DNA of 64,000 nucleotides, taken from positions 34,085 to 98,084 of the forward strand of contig NZ_SCOH01000011.1 in NCBI RefSeq assembly GCF_005503445.1. The letters run 5' to 3'. The number at the start of each line of letters is the position of its first letter. The first letter of the stretch is position 1. Positions 33,038 through 41,899 of the stretch are shown here, piece after piece. The notes beneath the pieces were generated by a model, which was given only the letters and a program-made list of their open reading frames with translations, was not told where the DNA came from and made no database searches. The DNA is from Chitinivorax sp. B (GTDB taxonomy: Bacteria; Pseudomonadota; Gammaproteobacteria; Burkholderiales; SCOH01). A program made the translations under genes and the position numbers.

Positions 33038-33058
33038 CCACCAGTTGTGAAACACACG

Positions 33059-33076
33059 GTCGGGCTTCTGCCCGAC
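33059..33076 (+). other. intra-operon hairpin GTCGGGC-TTCT-GCCCGAC between the flotillin and zinc-ribbon genes (no T-run)
   Basis: A perfect 7-bp stem. It may be an mRNA processing or stability element or a partial attenuator. Confidence 0.3.
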
Positions 33077-33127
33077 TGACCTCACTCGTTATCACCCGAT
33101 CCGCCAGACTGGGAGACCAGGAACATC

Positions 33128-33664
33128 ATGCACTGCCCTACCTGCAACGAAGCTCTCAGCCAATACGAACCCGCTGCTGGCCTGCGGGCCCATCATTGTG
33201 AACATGGCCATGGCATGTGGCTGGACATCGCGGAGTACCGTCGCTGGCTGCCGACACAAGCGGCCCACGGCGCCAGCCCCCTGACCGAACCAATATCAGA
33301 CATCAGCGACCACCGCGCGGCCCGTGCTTGCCCGGTATGTACTCGCATCATGCAGAAATATCGGGTATCCAGCCGGTTCGATTACCGCCTTGATCGCTGC
33401 AATACCTGCCAGGGTGTGTGGTTCGACCAAGGCGAATGGGATGCGCTGGTTGCCTTACAACAACAAGGCGATCTGAATACGATTTTGTCAGATGCCGGGC
33501 AACGTGACATTCAAGCCACCATCAGTCGGGAACGCATTGATGCACGCGATCGCGAACGGTTTGGCGACACCGTTTTTGCCGAACTGCAGCGTATCCGCCA
33601 ATGGCTGGCTAACCAACCCAATGCCCATGAACTGCTGGCTTATCTGAACCGCAGGGAACACTGA
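33128..33664 (+). CDS. protein with two tandem zf-TFIIB-like zinc ribbons
   Basis: Ribbon 1 is CPTC...HHCEHGHGMWLD and ribbon 2 is CPVC...CNTCQGVWFDQGEWDAL. Both fit the CPxC...C(x)2(C/H)GxW motif. Confidence 0.6.
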   Translation: MHCPTCNEALSQYEPAAGLRAHHCEHGHGMWLDIAEYRRWLPTQAAHGASPLTEPISDISDHRAARACPVCTRIMQKYRVSSRFDYRLDRCNTCQGVWFDQGEWDALVALQQQGDLNTILSDAGQRDIQATISRERIDARDRERFGDTVFAELQRIRQWLANQPNAHELLAYLNRREH

Positions 33665-33670
33665 TCAACC

Positions 33671-36600
33671 ATGTCCGAACCCCAAGAAAACCTCACCGAA
33701 CTTGCTGGTGGTAGCTACGATCTGCTTCGCCAACGGTTGAATCAACAAGGCGAAATGCTATTGACCAAGGCTGGCACACTGAATGAGGCAAGACTGGCCG
33801 AATTCGGCCGGGAAGACATGCGACTGATCCGCCGCATCCGTGCCCGTACTGAAAACAACTGCGTAGCCCGCGATCTGGTTCGGGTCGGCCCCTGGCTGCT
33901 GTTTGGCTACAACGTCTTCATTGGCCTTAAAAAAGAAACCCGCATCGAGGATGTGTTCAGCCTGTATCAACTGGTGGAAGGCAACGATGGTGACGAACTG
34001 ATACCCTCGCCATTCGATGGAACCTTTCTGGCTGATCAGCGCTTCACGGCCGATTTCCGCGAGCTTTACGCCTATTACAAACAAGCCACTTTGGTGCAGT
34101 TACGGGTACACAATGACAAATTGTTGGTCGCCTTCAAAATCGGCCAACAAATCACCGATATCCGCGTGTTCCGCTGGGCATTGGCGCCAGACGGCAAGAT
34201 TGCCTATATCGACAACCGTGGTGAGCGTGACATACAGCTGCCACCTACCCATGATTTCGAGTGGACCACCACCACCCGCGAAGACCACGTCAATGGCAAG
34301 CACCCGCATATCAACATTCTTGACACGGTGTTTGTGGAAACAATTGGCGGCGATCTGACCATCAAGATCGAGAACAACACTGAAAGTGGATTGGGTATCT
34401 TCAGCGAACCGGTGGATGACCGGAACCAATCATTGGCCGATGCCGACGTCGCCTATGCACGGCTGGGTGCGTTGATTCTGCTACGTATCAAGCCATATCG
34501 TGAAGACAAAGTACGTTACTTGGTCTACAACCAGCGCACCCAAACCGCCACCCGGATTGATGAGATGGGTGAGAGTTGTGTGCAATTGCCAGAAGACCAC
34601 GGAATCATCTTTCCCGGTGGGTATTACCTACAAAGCGGTGAATCCAAACGCTTTGATACTGACGCAGCTGGCATGCGCTTCAAGCGGATGGCACGCTCAC
34701 CCAACGGCGAGGATGTGCTGTATGTGTTCTATGAACCGGTAGCCGGTAAGCTTGGCCTGTTCTCCTACAACCTGATTGACAAGCAATTGTCAGCACCGAT
34801 CTACAGCAATGGCTACGCCCGCTTTGCAGACGGCCGCATCCTGTTGTTTATCGCAGAAAGTGACGAACCTACCCGCACCCACCCCATGCAATTGTGGCAA
34901 ACCCCATTCTGCAATGAGGAATTCGCCAGCAGCAAAGCGATTGGACACGGTTTTTTCGGCCGTATTGGTAATGGTGAACTGGTGCGCGGTTTGTCGGAAC
35001 TCTATGGCATTGCCCGTGCCGTGCGCGAGCAATGCCCCTCCCGCCACGCCTATGAAGACCTGATCAAGCACTGTGCCCGCGTTCAGGACAGTTATTTTTG
35101 GCTGGACGCCCCCGAGACAGGCCAGTTGGCTAGCGAACTCAAGGCAATCGGCGACACCGCCCGCGCCACGCTGGATGAGTTCGACAAGATCACCAGCATC
35201 CGTCGTGAAGCAGCCAAATTGCTGACTCAGGCAGAAGCCGAACAGAAAGCACTCAACACGGATATTGCCAGTGCACTATGGCACTCGCCTGGTGATTTTG
35301 TTGTAGCGCTGGACAAGCTGCGCGCGCAACGCGGCAGGCTGCTGACCTTGAAGGAAGCACGTTACATTGACCTGGACCGGATCAGCCAGCTGGATGTCGA
35401 GCTGACTACCGAGCAAACACGAATTGCCGACAAAACCATCCGCTTTTTGGCGCAAGATACAGCCTTTGACAGCTATCGCAATGAGCTGGCAAAAACTGCA
35501 ACCCAGCTGCCCACAGTGGAAAAGACTGTCGATCTGGCGCCGATTCTGGCCCAGCTGGATCAGGTGGCCCATGGTCTGGATCTGTTGACCGAGCTACTGG
35601 GCACACTGGCCGCCGGCGACGCCACTTTGCGCACCCGTATTCTGGATGCTATTTCCGGCGTCTATGCAGAGGTGAACAGATTACGCGCCGAAGCCCGCAA
35701 GCTGAAAAAACAATTGGCCGAAACCGAATCGGCCGCCGAATTTGGTGCGCAATTCAAGCTATTCGGGCAAAGCATTGCCAATGCGCTGGATCTGGCCGAC
35801 TCACCAGAAAAATGCGATGAGGCCATGACACGGCTACTGACGCAACTGGAAGAATTGGAAGGCCAGTTTGGTGAACAGGATGCCTTCATCGCCGATATTG
35901 CCATCAAACGCGAAGCGGTCTACGAGGCATTTTCCGGACGCAAGCAAACCTTGCTGGATGAGCGCCAGAAACGGGCCGGCGCCCTGTTTGATGCTGCCAG
36001 CCGCATTCTCGCAGGCATTCCCAAACGCGTGGTGCAACTGTCTGAGCAAGCACAACTACATGCCTACTTCGCCTCCGACGCGCTGATCCTGAAACTAAAG
36101 GGCTTGATAGGCGAGCTGCGCAAACTGGGCGACGCAGTCCACGCTGACGACCTCGAATCCCAATTGAAAACGGCGCGCGAAAATGCCGTCAAGGTATTGC
36201 GTGATCGCACCGAGCTGATGGGCGAAGGCGGTAATGTGATCCGCCTGGGCAAACACGCCTTTACCGTCAACGTGCAGCCGCTGGACCTGACCCTAGTACC
36301 CAAAGAAGGCGCCCTCGCCTTTCACCTGACCGGGACTGACTATTTTGAAATGGTCAATGACTCAGTGCTGGATTCACTCAAACCCTACTGGGGCTTGGTG
36401 CTACCCAGTGAAACACCTTCGCTGTATCGAGCCGAATATTTAGTCGGCCAATTGCTGGACGCGGCAACCCGCAAGGAATTCGGCTTGGATCTGAACCGCC
36501 TGCACGAGATCGCCGCTGACCTGCCAGCACTACAGGATCGCGTTCGTCAATTTGCGGCACCACGTTATCAGGATGGCTACCAGAAAGGCGTCCATGATCA

Positions 36601-38866
36601 TGATGCTGCATTGATATTGGCAGCCCTGCTACCAATGATGGACCATGCCGGCCTGCTTCGTTACAGCCCAACGGCCCGTGCACTGGCCGCGCTCTACCAT
36701 GCCGCCATTGGCGAAGGCCTGCAGACCCAATTGAAGCGACGCGCCCACAGCGCAGAACAACTTCATGCCCAGTTCGGACAAGATCAAGCCATAAACGAGC
36801 TCCGCCAGCATACCGTACGCAGCCTAGCCCGCTTTGCCAAGGAAAGCGGTCTGGAAAGCTGGTCCAATGGCACTTTGCTGGAAGAAGCTGGTGAATATCT
36901 GGTCGCTGAATTGGCCAGCCCGCAACGGGATTGGACAGAAAGTGGCAATGCCCGGGATTTGGCCGATGGCCTGATTCACTATCTGGAACATGCCAACCTG
37001 ATTGGCGAATGGCGTGACACACTGCAAAGCGGTAGCTTGAATGAACGCTGGTTACATGCCAGCCACTGGCTACAAGGCTATGCAACGGCCCACGCCCCGC
37101 AGGCCGTGTTCTTTGTCCCAGAAGCCGCCGCCCTACTATTGACCGAGCAAGCTCGTCATCGCGTCAATGCCACACTGCAACAGGCAGTACCGGGCTTGCT
37201 GGGTGAACACCCATTGATTCAGCAGGGTACGCTGCAGATCAACCTGAACGATTTCCGTCAAAGGCTAGCTCATCATCGCCAAGTTGTATTGCCTGCCTAC
37301 GAGCAACTACAGGCGTTACGACAGCAACTGGTCACAAATCGCAAGGGCGAACTCAAACTGCATCAGTTCCAGGCCAAACCACTGTCCAGCTTTGTGCGCA
37401 ACCGCCTGATCGACGAGGTATACCTACCCATCATTGGCGACAACTTAGCCAAACAGATGGGTACAGCGGGCGAAGCACGTCGTACCGATTTGATGGGGAT
37501 GCTGTTGCTGATCTCACCCCCCGGTTATGGCAAGACCACGCTGATGGAATATCTGGCTGATCGGCTGGGCATGATCTTCGTTCGAATCAACTGCCCTGCC
37601 TTGGGCCACGACATTGTCTCACTCGACCCTGCCCAGGCAACCCATAGCGCGGCGCGGCAAGAACTGGAAAAGCTCAACCTCGGATTGATGATGGGCAATA
37701 ACGTGATGTTGTATCTGGATGATATCCAACACACCAATCCGGAGTTCCTGCAGAAATTCATCGCGCTATGTGATGGCACGCGCAGAGTGGAAGGCGTATG
37801 GCATGGTGAACCGCGCACGTTCGACCTACGTGGTAAGCGTTTCGCAATCGTCATGGCAGGCAACCCATATACTGAATCAGGGGAAGCCTTCAAGATTCCG
37901 GACATGTTGGCCAACCGGGCCGACATCTATAATTTGGGTGATGTGTTGTCTGGGCGTGAAGCGTTGTTTGCCCTGTCATATCTGGAAAACAGCCTGACCG
38001 CTCACCCCGCCTTGGCTCCACTGACCAGTCGGGCACCGTCGGACGTCCGCCTATTTGTACAGATGGCGCAAGGTGAGAACGTTCCCCAAAGTGAGTTTAG
38101 CCATGCTTACGGTGCCGCTGAAGCCAATGAGATTGTTGGCCTGTTCCGCAAGCTGTTCCAGGTGCGTGATGTGCTGCTGCAGGTGAACGCAGCATACATC
38201 GCCTCCGCCGCGCAGGCTGATGCCTACCGTACTGAACCACCATTCAAGCTGCAGGGTAGCTATCGCAATATGGCCAAACTGACGGCCAGGGTCAGCGCCA
38301 TCATGCGCGATGATGAACTGGCCGCACTGCTGCGTGACCACTATCGCGGTGAAGCACAGACCCTGACCCAAGGTGCGGAAGAAAACCTCCTGAAATTGTC
38401 GGAAATCCTTGGGGACCATACGCCAGAAGAAGCCGAGCGTTGGGCTACCATCCGCGCCGATTTTCAACGCCACAAAAAACAAGGCGGCGCCGATGCCGAT
38501 GGCACCACCAAGCTTGCCAATCTGGCGGCGGATATGGCCGTCACGCTAGGCGATATTGCTGGACAACTACGTGATGCCCAAGGCACCAAAACCTTGGCCA
38601 AGGTTTTGCATGATGGACTGGGTACACTCGCCAAACATGTCCCACCCGCACCGCAAGTACATGTGCAGGTTGAACCCGCGGCAGATATCGTGGACGTCAT
38701 CCGCGGCCTGGCACAAGCCTATGAAACAGCGTTACTACCCACCATCAGTGCCATGAACCATAAGATTAGGTTGGATCATGAGATCTGGGAGAAAGTGCAG
38801 CAAATAGGCGAAGAGCTAACCAACCTGCAACAGCGCATTACCGCAGTAAGCAAGGCACCGCGATGA
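33671..38866 (+). CDS. giant (1731 aa) protein with an N-terminal beta-rich domain, long helical regions and a C-terminal MoxR/dynein-like AAA+ ATPase module
   Basis: Walker A LLISPPGYGKTTL (about nt 37510-37545), Walker-B-like MLYLDDIQH, and sensor-like AIVMAGNP...ANRADIYNLGD. The start lies 6 nt after the zinc-ribbon gene stop, so translational coupling is likely. Confidence 0.7.
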   Translation: MSEPQENLTELAGGSYDLLRQRLNQQGEMLLTKAGTLNEARLAEFGREDMRLIRRIRARTENNCVARDLVRVGPWLLFGYNVFIGLKKETRIEDVFSLYQLVEGNDGDELIPSPFDGTFLADQRFTADFRELYAYYKQATLVQLRVHNDKLLVAFKIGQQITDIRVFRWALAPDGKIAYIDNRGERDIQLPPTHDFEWTTTTREDHVNGKHPHINILDTVFVETIGGDLTIKIENNTESGLGIFSEPVDDRNQSLADADVAYARLGALILLRIKPYREDKVRYLVYNQRTQTATRIDEMGESCVQLPEDHGIIFPGGYYLQSGESKRFDTDAAGMRFKRMARSPNGEDVLYVFYEPVAGKLGLFSYNLIDKQLSAPIYSNGYARFADGRILLFIAESDEPTRTHPMQLWQTPFCNEEFASSKAIGHGFFGRIGNGELVRGLSELYGIARAVREQCPSRHAYEDLIKHCARVQDSYFWLDAPETGQLASELKAIGDTARATLDEFDKITSIRREAAKLLTQAEAEQKALNTDIASALWHSPGDFVVALDKLRAQRGRLLTLKEARYIDLDRISQLDVELTTEQTRIADKTIRFLAQDTAFDSYRNELAKTATQLPTVEKTVDLAPILAQLDQVAHGLDLLTELLGTLAAGDATLRTRILDAISGVYAEVNRLRAEARKLKKQLAETESAAEFGAQFKLFGQSIANALDLADSPEKCDEAMTRLLTQLEELEGQFGEQDAFIADIAIKREAVYEAFSGRKQTLLDERQKRAGALFDAASRILAGIPKRVVQLSEQAQLHAYFASDALILKLKGLIGELRKLGDAVHADDLESQLKTARENAVKVLRDRTELMGEGGNVIRLGKHAFTVNVQPLDLTLVPKEGALAFHLTGTDYFEMVNDSVLDSLKPYWGLVLPSETPSLYRAEYLVGQLLDAATRKEFGLDLNRLHEIAADLPALQDRVRQFAAPRYQDGYQKGVHDHDAALILAALLPMMDHAGLLRYSPTARALAALYHAAIGEGLQTQLKRRAHSAEQLHAQFGQDQAINELRQHTVRSLARFAKESGLESWSNGTLLEEAGEYLVAELASPQRDWTESGNARDLADGLIHYLEHANLIGEWRDTLQSGSLNERWLHASHWLQGYATAHAPQAVFFVPEAAALLLTEQARHRVNATLQQAVPGLLGEHPLIQQGTLQINLNDFRQRLAHHRQVVLPAYEQLQALRQQLVTNRKGELKLHQFQAKPLSSFVRNRLIDEVYLPIIGDNLAKQMGTAGEARRTDLMGMLLLISPPGYGKTTLMEYLADRLGMIFVRINCPALGHDIVSLDPAQATHSAARQELEKLNLGLMMGNNVMLYLDDIQHTNPEFLQKFIALCDGTRRVEGVWHGEPRTFDLRGKRFAIVMAGNPYTESGEAFKIPDMLANRADIYNLGDVLSGREALFALSYLENSLTAHPALAPLTSRAPSDVRLFVQMAQGENVPQSEFSHAYGAAEANEIVGLFRKLFQVRDVLLQVNAAYIASAAQADAYRTEPPFKLQGSYRNMAKLTARVSAIMRDDELAALLRDHYRGEAQTLTQGAEENLLKLSEILGDHTPEEAERWATIRADFQRHKKQGGADADGTTKLANLAADMAVTLGDIAGQLRDAQGTKTLAKVLHDGLGTLAKHVPPAPQVHVQVEPAADIVDVIRGLAQAYETALLPTISAMNHKIRLDHEIWEKVQQIGEELTNLQQRITAVSKAPR

Positions 38867-39029
38867 CAAGAACTGACCAGTAGGCAGGTTAAACATCCGA
38901 TAACGCAAATGCACAGACCATCACTTGAATGAGATAGGCTGTGTTTTATGCCTGATAATCGGTGAAGGCATGGTCGGCCTATTCTGTTATCGTGTCTTAA
39001 AATCCGAAGCTATGCATATGGAGCCTTTC

Positions 39030-39866
39030 ATGTCCGACGACAACAATTCGCAACGTATCAAGACCATCGCCATCGCAACAGCCATCGTGGCCTTGCTGGT
39101 TGGCGGCGGCGCCGCCATATTCGGTTCGTCCGACAAGAAAGCAGATGCAACCAAAGCTGCTGGCGGCAAACTCGCCAATTCGGACAGCAGCGCCAGCAGC
39201 GACACTTCGAGTGACGCCATGCAGAAACTGGCCGCCGAAACCAAGGCTGGCCGACAACCCCAAACCAGTAACAGCAAAACCATCTTGAGTGGTTCCGACG
39301 TGAAGCCAGGCGCAACCAAACTTGCCACGGCAACACCACCAGGCGCTGAGCATGGCGACATGATCAGCGGTGGCATGGGTGGAGGCAGTTCATCCAACGT
39401 TGCACCGTTCAAGAATGGCGATTTGGTATCGCTACAGTGTCAGGACACGGTACCCGGCCCCAAATGGCTGAATGGTTCTGTCAAGAGCAGTTCAGTCGGG
39501 TTATCCATGCAACAGGAAGCTGCACCTGCCTCCACGTGGTGGAAAGTCACCGTCAGCAACGAAGGCTCGATTGTTTTTGAAAGTCAGGACGGTGGTGCTG
39601 GCAATTTCCTGTCCACCAGCGGCACCACAGGCTTGCGCCTACAGCCCAACGCCAAGGACCCAGGCGCCATGTGGTTGGTCGAAAAATCGGAACGTGGCTG
39701 GTCATTACGCAATATGGACAATCCACAGGGCGGCCGATGGGTAGACTGTGTCGCAGCAGACAATAAAGTCTGGATGGCACCTAGCCGGGACGGCCATGTC
39801 AACGGCACCAGCTGGAAGATCGTGAAAAAACCCGCAGCCGGCTCCGAGTCTGCCACACAAAGCTGA
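39030..39866 (+). CDS. membrane-anchored protein with Ser/Ala-rich linker and C-terminal beta-trefoil (ricin-B/fascin-like) candidate domain
   Basis: The start was chosen at MSDDNN after GGAG. A single TM follows (IAIATAIVALLVGGGAAIF). The C-terminus contains three repeats of about 40 aa with conserved Trp residues (TWWKV..., AMWLV..., TSWKIV...). Confidence 0.42.
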   Translation: MSDDNNSQRIKTIAIATAIVALLVGGGAAIFGSSDKKADATKAAGGKLANSDSSASSDTSSDAMQKLAAETKAGRQPQTSNSKTILSGSDVKPGATKLATATPPGAEHGDMISGGMGGGSSSNVAPFKNGDLVSLQCQDTVPGPKWLNGSVKSSSVGLSMQQEAAPASTWWKVTVSNEGSIVFESQDGGAGNFLSTSGTTGLRLQPNAKDPGAMWLVEKSERGWSLRNMDNPQGGRWVDCVAADNKVWMAPSRDGHVNGTSWKIVKKPAAGSESATQS

Positions 39867-39885
39867 CCCATTGGAATCGGTCCCG

Positions 39886-39922
39886 TCGCCACGTGCCGGT
39901 CTGGCCCGTGGTGATTTTTTTG
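39886..39922 (+). terminator. intrinsic terminator closing the operon
   Basis: The sequence is GCCACG-N12-CGTGGTGATTTTTTTGA. Confidence 0.5.
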
Positions 39923-39963
39923 ATCACTACACTCAAATCACATCACCACGCCAAAGCCTGTGA

Positions 39964-40407
39964 TCAGCGATAGACTAATACGGGGATCTTGCTATGCGTC
40001 AGCACCTTGTTGGTCTCGCTACCCAACAACAGACTTTGCAAGCCACGCCGACCATGAGAAGCCATCAGAATCAGGTCACAACCGCACTGCTCAGCAACGC
40101 TCACAATCGCTTGGTAGATCGATTCACCCGTTACAGCCTCCGTTTTGCAAGTCACCCTGGCTTCTCGGGCCGCATCTGCCACAATACCAAGATAGCGATC
40201 GGCAATGCTTTGTTGGTGTTTCTGAAATTCGTCAACCGATGACACATTCAGTGGCGCATACTCTGTCACTGGCATCACAGGAAAGCGCTCCATCACATAC
40301 AGTGCCGTGATGCGCGCATCCGTTTCAATTGCCAACTTAATAGCAGCATCTACTGCCTTGCCAGACAGTGGCGACCCATCAGTCGGGACCAGAATATGTT
40401 TGAACAT
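39964..40407 (-). CDS. uspA: universal stress protein (UspA family)
   Basis: 147 aa with the UspA fold motifs (MFKHILVPTDGS..., GSHGRRGLQSLLLGSETNKVL). Confidence 0.85.
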   Translation of the reverse strand: MFKHILVPTDGSPLSGKAVDAAIKLAIETDARITALYVMERFPVMPVTEYAPLNVSSVDEFQKHQQSIADRYLGIVADAAREARVTCKTEAVTGESIYQAIVSVAEQCGCDLILMASHGRRGLQSLLLGSETNKVLTHSKIPVLVYR

Positions 40408-40775
40408 GATGGATTCCTCCTCAAGTAAGCTCCAGCAAGTCCAGCATCAATGCAACGTACCAATTGAAAGCAGGAGCAGGTTGTGGATGTACACGGATCT
40501 AAGGTAATCGATCCCCAACAATGCGCTATTGATTGAAATCAAGGACCCTGAGGGCGATTCAACACCATGCAACCTGTCCGTCAGGCAGCCTTGACTTAAA
40601 TTGTGTAGCGATGTGCAAATGGGTGACGGGGAATGTGCCAAGCTAAGTAGTACGGCCGCATGGTATCGCTGTCATTGGGCAAAAATACTTGGCCTGTATC
40701 TGGAGACATCCAGAAAAATAGGGGCTTTTGAGCCCACCCACATCATAGGGCGGGCAACAAAACCAATACCTGCTA

Positions 40776-41720
40776 TCAAACCATCCGCAAGGTATTCAAA
40801 GCAGAACATGGCAGTTCATCTGCCGACATCCATCGCTGTAATCGATCGGCAGCGGACTGTAAGGCACTATCTGCTTCTGGCATCAGCCCGGCCAGCATCT
40901 GCCAGCCATGCCACATATGATCACCGACCAGAAAATCGACCCGCACACCAGCAATCTTGGCCTTTTCCATCAGGCGATCCGCATCACTAAACAATATCTC
41001 ATCACTGCCAACTTGAATCACCAACGGCGGCAACCCACGCAAGTCTGCATATAAAGGAGAGATCAATGGCGTCGCTGGATCGCGTCCCGCACAATACATA
41101 TCAGCCTGCCAAGCCAACCATGCGCGACTGATCATCGGATCTCGTTCGGCACGCGTAACCAAGCTGCCACCCGTCAACATCAGATCAGTCCAAGGAGACA
41201 ACAGCAAGAGTGCCCCCGGCATCGGCCGACCACGCTCACGTATACGTAATGCTGTCGACAATGCCAACCCACCTCCTGCCGAATCCCCAGCGAGCACAAT
41301 CCGTCTTGCGGCAACACCCTGCGCCAACAACCAGTCATATGCCGTTACTGCATCATCCAGCCCTGCGGGGAAAGGATGCTCAGGCGCAAGCCGATAGTTG
41401 GGCAACAATGCCTGACCATGTAGGCGTCGACATAGTCTGGCGACCAAACTCCGGTGTGTCCTCGCCGCCCCCATACAATATCCGCCGCCATGTAGAAATA
41501 GAAAAATCGGGCCATCGTCGTGATCTCTGAAGGTCAACCATTCACATGGCACCCGCTCCGCGTGGACAGTCTTGACTCGCAAGGTGGGCGGCACCGGCAA
41601 ACAACTACCCGCATGCATCACATGCGAACGTTGCCTTGCCAGCGGCCATTCGGGATGCAGTTTGGAACTAAACCAGTGCTTGACTACTAGGCGATGAATA
41701 TGACTGCGTAGACTTGGCAT
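40776..41720 (-). CDS. alpha/beta hydrolase, hormone-sensitive-lipase-type esterase
   Basis: The HGGG oxyanion motif (FLHGGGYCMG) and the GDSAGG nucleophile elbow are present. The start was chosen at MPSL (ATG at 41720) after GGAGGGG. Confidence 0.75.
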   Translation of the reverse strand: MPSLRSHIHRLVVKHWFSSKLHPEWPLARQRSHVMHAGSCLPVPPTLRVKTVHAERVPCEWLTFRDHDDGPIFLFLHGGGYCMGAARTHRSLVARLCRRLHGQALLPNYRLAPEHPFPAGLDDAVTAYDWLLAQGVAARRIVLAGDSAGGGLALSTALRIRERGRPMPGALLLLSPWTDLMLTGGSLVTRAERDPMISRAWLAWQADMYCAGRDPATPLISPLYADLRGLPPLVIQVGSDEILFSDADRLMEKAKIAGVRVDFLVGDHMWHGWQMLAGLMPEADSALQSAADRLQRWMSADELPCSALNTLRMV

Positions 41721-41899
41721 GACCCCTCCAATCCGGCAGGGTACAAGCCATACCAACGTATTGCAGGCCACTACATAGTCGCCCCAATACGTCACCTGGC
41801 ATTGCTCCTTACTCGGGTATCGCTAGACCGTTAACACGGCCATCTCAACACGCCATCATGACCTCATGACAGGTCTACGGCGCATATCATGTCGATACA

